Below, piece by piece: positions 22,593-33,795 of a stretch of 64,000 bases of DNA; positions within the stretch are counted from its first letter, which is position 1, and the number at the start of each line of letters is the position of its first letter. The stretch spans positions 1-64,000 of the forward strand of contig ML992520.1 of NCBI GenBank assembly GCA_010093995.1, read 5' to 3'. A program made the position numbers and the translations under genes. The notes under the pieces were generated by a model. That model had not been told where the DNA came from. It did no database searches and saw only the letters and a program-made list of their open reading frames with translations. Source of the DNA: Elsinoe ampelina (lineage: Eukaryota).

Positions 22593-23372
22593 ATGAGATA
22601 CGAACATCTCTTGCTTGCCACTGCTGGCGCTTCTTGCGTTGCTCGTGGCTTCGGCGAAGGCAATCAGGGTTACAACTACGATGGCACCTACTACAGAGTG
22701 ACCTATTCCTCGGGTGGCGCTCGACTCACCACGAACAACTTCGGGACATTCAACCCAACCAACTTTGCGTTCTGGATGGGCAACACGAAGTGTATCATTG
22801 GAAGTAATCGAATGTCTGGCGAGGTCTGCGCAAAGGGAGCCGCCCGCACTGCGTTCAAGGACGCAGCCCAAGTGAGTTCAGACACTGGCGATAAGGCCAA
22901 TATCATCGGCTTCCGGAATGAATCTTGGAGTCAACAAACCCCGGGGCAGACGGGAGTCAAATCCTACGTCCTCTCCAACCAGGGTCAAGGCCCATCCGTG
23001 TCCGGGCCGGAGAACAGTACACCCCCCCAGACCTGCGATTCAGCGCAGGTCGAACATAACGCTGGTGGCAACCTCTACTACCCCAATGTCAAGGGTATCA
23101 AAGTCACCTGCAAAACCGCCTGCGGTACGCCACCCATGCTCGACTCCAATCTGAATGCTCTTTTCGATCAATTCTGGGAAGATCTCAAAGTCGATGGTTC
23201 ATTCATGGCTCAATACATCCTGTGGAGCTCCGACACCAGCACAGCTCGTGTGCGCTGCAGACTCACAATCGCTGACCGTTGGCAAGACGTCGATACATGT
23301 CCCGACTTCGTTCCTAGCAAGGGCTGTACCATCAATGCGCAGGAGAGGAGGCGCATGAAGCTTATCAAGTAG
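22593..23372 (+). CDS. Cys-rich secreted effector-like protein (259 aa), paralog B
   Basis: ATG 22593 MRYEHLLLATAGASCVARG (signal-like); 8 Cys in mature part; KGIKVTCKTAC, RCRLTI, TCPDFV..GCT; TATA-like CATAAATA at ~22463. Confidence 0.8.
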   Translation: MRYEHLLLATAGASCVARGFGEGNQGYNYDGTYYRVTYSSGGARLTTNNFGTFNPTNFAFWMGNTKCIIGSNRMSGEVCAKGAARTAFKDAAQVSSDTGDKANIIGFRNESWSQQTPGQTGVKSYVLSNQGQGPSVSGPENSTPPQTCDSAQVEHNAGGNLYYPNVKGIKVTCKTACGTPPMLDSNLNALFDQFWEDLKVDGSFMAQYILWSSDTSTARVRCRLTIADRWQDVDTCPDFVPSKGCTINAQERRRMKLIK

Positions 23373-24620
23373 TGCCAAGGTGTGTGCTGGAAGCAAGTCC
23401 CCAAGCGAAGGGCGAGCAAGTCGCAGGCGGGCTCGGACTTGGGCATGCTGCGGATAAGACATGGCGGGTCGGGCAATTGGGTTGAATTTGCAAGGCAGTA
23501 AGCCGATCACATTCGCTTCACATCATACCTGAATCTTACGATATAACTGAATGGAAGTCCCTGAACCAGAAACTGATCCATCCGTGAGCACGTCGACACC
23601 TAACTTTTGCCGTGCACACGATGGGAGTGGTGCAAGAGTGAGTCAAGACACGCTTGCCTGCAAGATTGTCCATCTTCGATTACGAAAGTGACACAAACGT
23701 TCTCTTGCGTCTTCACGGCAAGACACACAAAGCTTTTCGGAAGTATGCCATTCGTGTTGTGCTGTATCGACACGTCCGTCCGATGGCTTGCCATACCTCG
23801 AGCTCGTCCACGCCCGCATCAGCTCGTCAATTCGGAGGTCGTGCCCATCATCCATGTCTAGGTTCGAGGTGGCGACAAGTCCTGTTGCGCATACCTGTGC
23901 AGCCGCGTTAGGGAGAAGACGGGCGGGACATTGCGATTCAACGACGTTGCGCGTCACGGCATACTGTACATGCTGTTTACAATATGTACTGTGCAGTGTG
24001 CACATCCTTTTCCTGCCAAGCCGGAGCGAATCCGCCCGACACTTTAGAGGGTCTCGCTGCCGTGGACCACTCGTGCCACTTATCTTCGTGTCGCGCATGA
24101 TCGGGTTGCTCAGCTATTGCTACTGGCACTTCCCAGGCCGCCATCATAGTTCTCGCTGTGGTTTTTCAACCTTCTGCGAACCGCGCGGCATTCATGGCAT
24201 TCATGGCATCCGTATCTCCGCGATACATCAAGCCTCGTTCCCGAGCAGACGCCAGGCAGGCCTGGTCTGTCGCGAGTCTCGATCTCATGGACTTCCTTGT
24301 ACGTGATCGTTCTACGAGATCCTCACCTGTAGGTACTGCACTCCTGGATTGCATGCTGTATCCACCGCAGCGCTCTACGAAGTACTTCCATTGGCGCCTG
24401 GAAAAGACCGTTCAACGGCGATAGGGGTCAACGGTCGCCATGCTACTACTGTAAGTTACCTTATTATTGCCGACTGCATCACACATTGGCAAAACATGCA
24501 CTGACGTTGCCCCTTCCTCAATAATCTCTCCTCAGGATCTTTATAAGTTGATGATCCTGGTACATCCCAAGTCCCTTCCTTCATCGCCGCCAGCGAAAAG
24601 CCTCACATTCTTCTACCACA

Positions 24621-26711
24621 ATGTATACGTTCCGATCATTGCTCGGCTATGGCTTGACACTTCTCTTGGCTGTCGACAACTTGCCGCTCGCACTGGCCGA
24701 CATCAATCCTTTTGTAAAGAGCGAGGAATACATGAAGAGCATATGGGGCGCTCATCCGCGACAGCGTTATTTATCCGACCTGGTCGCGATAGGCCCTGTG
24801 GGAAACATTGTCAACCGCACGGCGGAAGGTCGGTCGCCCAGCAGATATATCCTTTATGCTCCATACGGCCCACTACACCCCCCGAATGCCCCCACAGTCC
24901 TCGACGCAGACACACTTTCCATGGTTTGGTACGGGCCCATCCATGGCAAGACGACAGTGGGTCCGACGGTGCATACCTGCAAGGGAGCGCAGTACCTTAC
25001 TTTCTGGTCTGGTATGCAGTTGTATGATCGCCCAGCTGGTAGCAACTACTTTGTATGTCACTCGAGAAGAGATTGATCTCAGGACTTGCTCGCTGACCTT
25101 GTCTAGTATGACACAGAATACAACCTCAAATGGAACGTAAGCACGCAGGGTCACCTGGAATATGCCGACTCGCATGAGATGTTCCTCACGCCACAGTGCA
25201 CTGCCATCATCAGCGCCTTTCAGACTCGACCATACGACTTTGCTCCATTTGGACCAAGCGAGGGCTTTCTCAAGGATTCGTTCTTTCAAGAGGTTGATCT
25301 AGAAACTGGCAAATTGCTCTTCGAGTGGCAGGCGTCCGCACACGTCGACCTCACAGAATCGTTTTGGAACCCCAGACCAGGCGAAAAATTCAGTCCTCTT
25401 GCCGGTTTCGACTTCTTCCACATGAACAGCGTGGCAAAGGATGAGCACGGAAATTACCTGATCAGCGCTAGGCACACCCACACAGTCTATTACATCTCTG
25501 GCCGTGACGGGACCATCCTTTGGAGATTGGGCGGCAAGCTCAACGACTTCAAAGATCTCAGCGAAGGACACGCCACGGATTTCAAGTGGCAGCATTTTGC
25601 CCGCTGGATAGATGCAAACACGATCTCCCTGTATGACAATGCCAACGCAGAGCATCATGCTCCTGCCGTGGGCACTTTGTCGCGCGGCCTTGTACTAAGA
25701 TTGGATTTCGATGCCAAGACGGTTCGCATCGAGCACTCTTACATTTCAACCAACGGCATCCTCTCCATGCGAGACGGGAGCATGCAATACCTGCACGACT
25801 CTCCTCAGCCTGGAAATGCCCTTCTTGGGTATGGAGGGGATCCTGGATGGACGGAATATACGCCTGACGGGGCTGTCGTGGACGATGTCATGTTCGGGCC
25901 TGTTGGCGCTGACCGTAAGAGCGCAGACAACTATCGAGCCCTCAAGGTGAACTGGACGGGTACGCCGCAGTGGATGCCAACTATTGCCCCAGGGCCCGAT
26001 CTTTTATATCACTTCGATGCCGAACACTCTATCTTTCAAGTGCTACTAAATGAGGAGTCCGGTGTGCCTAGGCCCAACACCACGGCTTACTTTAGCTGGA
26101 ACGGAGCCACTGAGGTTGCATATTGGGTAGTGCTCACATCGAATACGACTGCCGATCTGAACATTGCTGAACACTTCTGGGCTCAGGTCCCGAAGAGAGG
26201 GTATGAAGACAGCTGCTACATCGGCTACGGCACCAAGTACGCCCTGGCTCTGGCGATTGATACATCTGGCAATGTTCTCGGCAGCACCGACACCATGGAC
26301 ATGGCGAACTATGTCAATGGCCAGACGGGTCCAAAGACGGGTCGATCTCGCAATACCGAGGACTTGACCGCTGCACTCCGGAAGTATGTGTCTGGACATC
26401 CTTCGGGGTCTCTTATTGCACAGTTGCAAAAGCAATGGCATGGCGGGGTCGAGGCAATTGCTCAGCGACCGCACATCTCCCTGGCTCTGATTGGACTGCT
26501 GGTGCTTTGTATTCTTGCATTCCTGATCGTCCTTAGAAGGATGCGGTGGAGTAGGGGTCGCTCAGGATACTTTCGATCCAAGATGGCGAACATGGTCCTA
26601 CCCCGGTCAAGTCGGGATGCGTGGTCGAAGGACTACTCGGACGGAGAGGAGATGACGGAGGACAAGGATATGTTGATGAGAGATTCATCGAGGGATCCTA
26701 GAGATGACTAG
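24621..26711 (+). CDS. Arylsulfotransferase (ASST)-domain type I membrane protein, paralog 1 (intron 25053-25106)
   Basis: Signal peptide; DSHE, FQEVDLETG..FEW, FHMNSV.KD..GNYLISARHT, WQHFAR, SWNGATEV motifs; C-terminal TM (ISLALIGLLVLCILAFLIVL) followed by RRMR. Confidence 0.88.
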
Positions 26712-26970
26712 TTTTAAAGTATAGCATGAATCAGTTGATCATTCGTGTTGCTCGGAAAGTTTACATTTTGACTCGAATCGATCACTTACCTTTGATTCCG
26801 CATTTCTGTAGAACATCTGTCCCGGAAATCCTCGACTCCATCGTGATGTCTATACGTCTGGTCTTCTGCACGGGTCCGCGATGACAATCAGAGTCTTACA
26901 TCAGCAGCGATCATGGAAAGGCCTTCTCGACATCATCGCTCACAACAATTGAGATCGCTATCCATCCCAG

Positions 26971-28335
26971 ATGGACCGTGAGGATAAGATTGACGCAGGC
27001 AGTGTCGTGGCGATACTGGCGCCACGAGAGCAACTCGGTCATATCAAAAGCATTCTTGAGGCGTTGAATCTGCTGCATGGCGCCTTGAAGATACAGCCAT
27101 GCCACTCGGGCGGTCATGCAGGTCTCCTGGCGATCCCAACAAACCTCCGAGCGAGAGAGTCAAACGCGGCACTTGTACAGCCGCTCGATGAGCATCATGC
27201 TGTGCTTGCAGACTTTGAAACAAGCACCCTCCCGCTCTCCTTCTTCAGCACCCGTAACCGAGCACCTCTCACACCCAGGACTATCATCCGCGAGACATTC
27301 CTCAACTTCCTCTCCCAAAACCCCTCTCACGACTCTCTGTCTTCCCTCATCCCCCGTCTCCCCACCTCTTACACCATCTACGGCCCCCTCCTCCTCTTTC
27401 CCCCGTCCGCCTTCCCTGCCATATTCGACCCTCACCTCCGCCACCTCACTCCCTTCTTCAGCCTCCTCACCACCCGCCTCTCCACCACACACATGGCCAC
27501 CAACGCCCCGATCCCCCTGCACCTCACCGGCCCCAACATCCTCCGCTCCCCGACCTCCCTCCGCCCTCTCCACGGCGACTTCGGCCCCCTCCTCCCCCCG
27601 TCCCACAATCCGACCGATACCGACTTCGCCTCCGCCTTCTGGACCACGACCACGCAGAACGGCATCCACCAGGTCTGGGCGCCGCGGTACACGATGTTCT
27701 CGGCCGGCAACATCAGGGAGAAGACGCGCCTGCTCAACAACGCCGGGGTGCGCAAGGCGGTGGAGGGGGGTCCTTGCGCGGCGGTGGATCTGTACGTTGG
27801 CATTGGGTATTTTGCGTTTTCGTACCTCAAGGCGGGGGTGCTGGTGGTGGTGGGGTGGGATTTGAATGCGTGGAGCGTGGAGGGGGCGAGGAGGGGGGCG
27901 GCGAGGAACGGGTGGGGGGTACAGAGGGGGGAGCAAGGGGGGAAGGTGCGGGAGGGGACGAGGTTGGTGTTGTTTTGTGGGGATAATACGGGGACGAAGA
28001 GGGGGTTGGAGGGGTTGGGGGGGCTGCCGGCTGTGAGGCATGTGAATTGTGGGTTGTTGCCGAGTAGTAGAGGGGGATGGGGGACGGCGGTGGAGGTGCT
28101 GGATCGGGAGATGGGAGGGTGGGTGCATGTGCATGAGAATTTTGGGGTGGGGGAGATTGGGGACAGGGCGGAGGAGGTGAGGAGGGAGATGGAAGGACTC
28201 GTGGGGAGGACGCAGGGCTGGGCGGCTGGGACGCAGGTGAGGATTGATGAGGTGTTCAAGGTCAAGACGTATGCTCCGGGGGTATGGCATTGTGTGGTAG
28301 ATATACATATTGATCCTCGGGGATCATCTAATTGA
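26971..28335 (+). CDS. TRM12: tRNA wybutosine-synthesizing protein 2 (SAM-dependent aminocarboxypropyltransferase)
   Basis: QNGIHQVWAPRYTMFSAGNIREKTR, VDLYVGIGYFAFSY, RHVNCGLLPSS, HVHEN, KVKTYAPGVWHCVVD motifs of TYW2/Trm12. Confidence 0.88.
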   Translation: MDREDKIDAGSVVAILAPREQLGHIKSILEALNLLHGALKIQPCHSGGHAGLLAIPTNLRARESNAALVQPLDEHHAVLADFETSTLPLSFFSTRNRAPLTPRTIIRETFLNFLSQNPSHDSLSSLIPRLPTSYTIYGPLLLFPPSAFPAIFDPHLRHLTPFFSLLTTRLSTTHMATNAPIPLHLTGPNILRSPTSLRPLHGDFGPLLPPSHNPTDTDFASAFWTTTTQNGIHQVWAPRYTMFSAGNIREKTRLLNNAGVRKAVEGGPCAAVDLYVGIGYFAFSYLKAGVLVVVGWDLNAWSVEGARRGAARNGWGVQRGEQGGKVREGTRLVLFCGDNTGTKRGLEGLGGLPAVRHVNCGLLPSSRGGWGTAVEVLDREMGGWVHVHENFGVGEIGDRAEEVRREMEGLVGRTQGWAAGTQVRIDEVFKVKTYAPGVWHCVVDIHIDPRGSSN

Positions 28336-28440
28336 CAACCCATGCTTCTTCGGTTGATGTTGTACAATGCTGGTCTGTCGTCTTCTTTGCATACACATCG
28401 TCACTCGTCACCTCGTCACCGGTACAAGCACCGCTGCCAC

Positions 28441-29055
28441 TCAGCCAGCCCGCTTGAACATGCTTGGTATATTTCCCTCTTGTACGCCGTGGCTCTCCCT
28501 TTCTGATTTGTCCAGCTGCTCCTGTAGCTCGTCCAGCCTCTCATGCATAGCGAAGTGTGCTTTGTCTTCATCGTGAATCAGATCCTCTTCCTTTGTATTC
28601 TCATCGTGGTACTTCTCAAAGTGGTGGATCTCATACTCGTACTCATCGTCTCCATGATGGCCAGGACCAAGCCCAAAATCGGGTAATCGCACACCGCGGT
28701 CGAATGCTTGCGTAAACTCTTCCCTCGAGACGAAACCATCATGGTTGCTGTCATATAGTCTCAAGATTGACGATACGACCTCTTCCTTCTTCGATGTCGG
28801 CACGTCCGCGGCCGTATGATCAAGCAGTCCATAGGTCCTCTCAATATCGTCCGTATCCCACCAGCCTCGAGACGAATAGTCGTGTAGGTTGAATATGCTG
28901 CCAGAGTCAAAGACTGATATGTGGTGCTCCGAAGCCATGTGTCTGGTGATCCAATCGCCACCTTCCGCGAGGGGTTCTTGATGGTGGTCCAGGGGAGAGT
29001 GAGCAACTACCAGGGGTACGAGGCAAAGCAGGAGAGATGCTCGTAAAGAAGCCAT
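28441..29055 (-). CDS. SSP120: Secretory-pathway EF-hand protein, Ssp120 family
   Basis: Signal peptide from ATG 29055; W..RHMASEHH, FNLHDY, EF-hand DSNHDGFVSREEF, GPGHHGDDEYEYEIHHFEKYH. Confidence 0.88.
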   Translation of the reverse strand: MASLRASLLLCLVPLVVAHSPLDHHQEPLAEGGDWITRHMASEHHISVFDSGSIFNLHDYSSRGWWDTDDIERTYGLLDHTAADVPTSKKEEVVSSILRLYDSNHDGFVSREEFTQAFDRGVRLPDFGLGPGHHGDDEYEYEIHHFEKYHDENTKEEDLIHDEDKAHFAMHERLDELQEQLDKSERESHGVQEGNIPSMFKRAG

Positions 29056-29359
29056 TGTGGTAGTTGAGAAGGTGTTTGGGATTTGGTTTGGTACCAGGTG
29101 GATATTTGCTATCGGCTGCGTGGTATGTTGCAATTCGTCCGCTGGTATGGACGTACAGTCGTTCTGGTAGGATGATACATTACATTGACGGTACAATTGC
29201 TGTTGACATGTATACGGTGCTCTTTATCTTCATAGACGTCGTGCCGATCGGGATCAATTCCGCCGGACTCGACGCGACGCGATGTTCCGCCCATTTGCAT
29301 CTCTCCGACCTGCCGATCAGCCTTTATGCGAGACTGCCAGACAGCGATAGCAGATCAAG

Positions 29360-29684
29360 ATGGCCACTACCAATAGATCCCAGAACGATGTGGGGGGTCA
29401 GAGGACCTATTTTGAACAACAACGCGAGCTGCTTCTCAGCGAAATCGCCACGAACATGGAGAATGTGCTCCAGAACATCAATAGGTTGAATCGCAGTCTG
29501 GAGGGTGTGATTGCTGTACGAGCATCATTGATTAATCAAATCCTTGCTGACTTTACCACAGGTCGGAAACGAGTTCAGCCAGGTCGAAGGCTTGTGGTCA
29601 ACATTTGAAGGAGTCATGACAAAGCCGGAAGAGACACCAAAAGACGAACCGGCGGATGCAGGCGCGACAAACACTTCACGATGA
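29360..29684 (+). CDS. DAD1: DASH/Dam1 kinetochore complex subunit Dad1 (intron 29516-29561)
   Basis: [13 protein letters not shown]...[33 protein letters not shown] after splicing GTACGA..CTGAC..CAG. Confidence 0.92.
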
Positions 29685-30027
29685 GAACGAAAATCTTGAT
29701 CAATGTGTCTTGGGCGGTTCGACTATCTGCCTGCGGTCCCGCCGTCGCCTCTCCCTGAGCCATTACCGGAACGGCCATCTCCAACATGCCTTTCGTCTCT
29801 CAATACATCCCAAGCGCGCCCATGGAAACGCCAGTCCAAAAATGCCACAAAACTTTCGTATCATGCTACCCGACATACACCATCCTCCTCACGCTGGCCA
29901 TCAGGCGATGCATTCGGACGAAAATGTTCGGGGTGGGTTGAGGGGGCCGCACGGCTTCGATGTCGGCTTCTCGGAGAGTATCTATGCGGGAAAAAGTGTC
30001 AATACATCGTCAAACAGGAAAGGGGAA

Positions 30028-30959
30028 TCAGAGGATCTTGCATGTGCTCCTCTTCTTCCTCTTCCCTGCCGGCGGTGCCACTGCGCCCATGTCGCCGTTC
30101 ATCGAGTCGGCGCGGACCTTGAGTCCTTCCTGCTCGGCAACAACAGTGTCGATGGCTCTGTCGAAAATCTCGTGAACGCCAATCATCTCTTTACTCGAGC
30201 ACTCCATGTACATGGCACCCATCTTCTTGGCGACCGAGCTTGCTTGGGCGGTGGTGACCGGGGTGAGACCTTGTGTCTTGAGGAGTTCGATGCAGGTTCG
30301 TTTGTTGCGCAGATCTGATTTGAGGCCGACGAGAATGACTGGGGTGGTGGGACAAAAGTGGAGGACCTCGGGATACCACTGCGACATGTCAGCATAGTCA
30401 TTGAAGAAGAAAGTCGTTGACGCGTACCTTGTCCATGACGTTCTCGAGTGAATTGGGGCAGTCGATTGCGAAGCAGACGAAGAGCAGATCTGTCTCGGGA
30501 TATGAAAGTGGTCGCAGACGGTCATACTCTTCCTGTCCGGCTGTGTCCCAAAGGGCGAGCTCGACGCCCTTGCCTGAAGGCTTGTGCTCGACATGTGTGA
30601 TGTAGTTCTCAAAGACGGTCGGGACATATTTCTGAGCCTTGTCAGCCAGGTCACCGATCCATCCCGGTCGTATGTCTCACCTCTGGGAATACACCCTGAC
30701 TGTAGCTGATCAAGAGACAGGTCTTGCCGCAGCCTCCGTCACCGACGACGACAAACTTCTTGGAGTAGGCGGGTGGCATTGTCACCGCAGTGCTGGCCGA
30801 GTGTCGGCCGGTGGATGAATTTGTGCTGTGGACGGTACCGTTGCTGTTCCTCTCGCCCTCTTTCCTGCCTCTTTTCGAGGGTGACGAGGTCAATGTGCTG
30901 AGCCTCGAGTTCTTTCGTCGCAGGTAATCCAAGTTGGAGTTGGCCTGGGCAGCCGCCAT
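30028..30959 (-). CDS. rho4: Rho-family GTPase, Rho4 type (exons 30959-30681, 30631-30428, 30378-30028)
   Basis: N-terminal extension, [57 protein letters not shown] box CKIL. Confidence 0.92.
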
Positions 30960-31561
30960 TGTGTTTGATGATTTCTCGCTCTTGTCTCCTGAGCGCGCGT
31001 GCAAAGTACCTGAAGAATGCTGTATGGCCAGCTGGTACGCTAAGAAGAAATGTGCAATGTCAAAGAATTGGTCGTTGTGATGGATTTGAATAGCTGCAAT
31101 GACCAGAGACTTGAGCTCGTGCTGAGGCGGAGCGTGGAGCTTTCCGGGTTTACTTTTGCTGGTTGACCGCGCAACGACTCGCCAAGCTTTCTCCGGGCTG
31201 AAGCTCGGGCCGGATTTGCTTCGAAAGTGCCACGCGAGAGAAAGATGATCATCTACGGTTATCCATATCAACCATTTTCGTTCGAAAGCCTGCCTTGACA
31301 TATCCGGGGTCGCAGAACCGGTCGCCTGACAGTGGCACCACCCGCGGAGTCAGATCTGAGGATATACGACCGTCATACTGGATGCCAACACTGATGCTGT
31401 GGTCGACGACTGCTATCATCGATAAAAAGCATCTCCGGGTGCACGGTGTGCCTTGCAGCTCACCACGGGTTGCGATGCGACTCGGGTCGATATTGTCATG
31501 CAAGTGGAGATCAGACCTGACCATCAACATTCTTCGACACAGCTGAGCTGGCGCATGCGCG

Positions 31562-33225
31562 ATGCAGGAGAAAGCAGTTGGCATGGAAAAGGTCAACGTC
31601 TCCAAAGATCCTGATGCTGGGCTGAAGGCAGAGCACCATTGTACACATGTCCTCGCTGGCTCGGTCAACAATCACTGACTTGGCTAACAGATATTCGTCG
31701 ACTACCACCGTGGCGATACCAGCTCAGAGAAGCCCTCTTGCCACTTGTGCGATGGGAAACACCACATCTCGCGAGAGTGCAAAAGGCAGTACGATGCCCT
31801 AGTCTGGACTCTTACTTTGCCATGACTGCAAATCTCGGGACGCATACCTTTTTCATGATCTTCTTACCTATCTTGTTCTGGTGCGGCTATACAACGGCGG
31901 GGAGAGCGTAAGTCCATCCGCGAGATCTCTACCTTCTCTCACTAATGTTGCACAGTCTTGTCCATATGCTTGCTTTGGGTGTCTTCTGGAGCGGATGGGT
32001 CAAAGATCTCGTCTGTCTTCCCCGACCATTATCGCCACCCCTGCAACGCATCACAATGTCAGGCTCGGCAGCACTAGAGTATGGTTTTCCGTCCACACAC
32101 TCGACCAACGCCGTGTCGGTGGCAGTCTACCTTCTCCATGGCATATACACCGATGATCTCCGACTTAGTGGCATGCTGCGGACCGCTGCGCTCTTCGCCT
32201 GCTACTGGTATGCTACGTCTATCATCATCGGCAGGCTCTACTGCGGTATGCATGGTTTCTTTGACGTGGTAATCGGCACACTGCTGGGCATAGTGATCGC
32301 CGTGGGACAAATCGTGGTCGGACCAAAATTAGATGTCGCGATTGCTTCTGGAGAGTGGACTGCCCCGTTACTGGCCACCCTTGTCGTCTTCGTTGCAGTA
32401 CGGTTCCACCCAGAACCGGCGGATAATTGTCCCTGCTTTGACGACAGCGTCGCCTTTGCTGGGGTTGTTGTAGGAATACAGATTGGACATTGGCATTTTG
32501 CGAATTCCGGCTATGCTTGGAGCGAACCTGTCCTGGGCACTGCCCCCTATAGTCTGGCTACGATTGGATCCATCAGGACAGCATTACGTTTGTTGGTCGG
32601 AGTTGTCATCATCTTCTTGTGGCGAGCCGCGGCGAAGCCCACTCTGCTGCGAGGACTTCCACCACTCTTTCGCCAGATTGAGTACGTCGGTCTCAGCTTA
32701 CCACGCCGATTCTTCAAACGGGCAAGTCAATACACCCGGGTGCCAGTTCTAGATCAGGATGACAATGTTATCCCGCCTGCCAGAGAGATCCCTGCATTTT
32801 TCTCAACACTGGGCAGAGGAGGTCGAAAGAGGACAGTGTCGGTCGGCCCCCAGTCCGAGGCCGACGCCAGAGAAATGCTAGCTCAACAGCACATTCAGAG
32901 GAAACGATCAATCAGATCATTACAGGGATACGCGGTGAATGAAGACGGTGCCTTTACATCTTCGATGGCGACGACTCCATTGGAAGAGATAAAGCCGCGT
33001 TTCGATGACCGCCTTTCACCACCTACGACGAACAGGCGGGAGACATCTTCCACACCAGATGGAAGTGATACAGAGCAAGACAAGGTAATGTTTGAAGGGA
33101 TTGAGAAGCCTCGTGTCCGCTACGACGTGGAGGTGGTCACCAAGTTGGTCATCTACGCGGGAATCGGATGGCTATCGGTGGAGTGGAATCCGATTTTGTT
33201 CATGTATATAGGACTTGGTGTCTGA
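31562..33225 (+). CDS. LCB3: PAP2-family sphingoid base 1-phosphate phosphatase (Lcb3/Ysr3-like); introns ~31640-31690 and ~31908-31955
   Basis: KDLVCLPRP (C1), EYGFPSTHS (C2), GRLYCGMHGFFDV (C3), HPEPADNCPCFDDS, RVRYDVEVVTKL; multiple TMs. Start codon (31562 vs 31583) uncertain. Confidence 0.88.
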
Positions 33226-33795
33226 ATGATATTTCCTGGACGCTGTGCGGTCAATCTTTGAGCCAAGTCCGGATATCCTTGAATAGATACCTCAAGGGTC
33301 ACAAAACGGCGCCCAGCCGTGCATTGACTGCCCGTACCGTATTGCTTGGCACTGACCCGCGCCATTTCCTCCTTCTTTCATCATTATGTACCCCTTGTCC
33401 TTCCGTGGCAGATTGCCTCCGAACTTCAATGATGACAAATTTCAATCGAGTAGTTTCAAATCGAGCAGGCATGGAGATAGGGCTACCGGATTCCTCTGTG
33501 ATACCATCGCAGTACGGACAAGATAAGTTGCGGCGTGTCATGCCTTTGAAAAACGTCGCGCCGCAGTCTGGAAGATACTGGCGTTAGTCCAGGGGGGCGA
33601 AACGGCCATGCACAATGGCAGATTGCCCGTGATCAACGCTATCCCTTCACCATAGTCCTCCACAACAAATCTAGGATGTATTGCATCGTTTAAAGGTACA
33701 GACTGCCTGGATTCTATCTCATGCGATCTCACTGCCCACCAAGTCTCGCTGCCCCGACTTCATTTCGCCATCAGCTTAGTTTGCAAGTCGACAAC

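Noticed and set aside
23400..24600. ORFs of 84-172 aa between effector paralog B and ASST1
   Set aside because: Overlapping on both strands, Arg/Cys/Ser-rich random-looking translations, no motif support.
27116..28367. Long overlapping ORFs (27116-27865 +, 27160-28308 -, 27432-28367 -)
   Set aside because: Shadow frames of TRM12. The C/G skew removes stop codons, and the products are low complexity without motifs.
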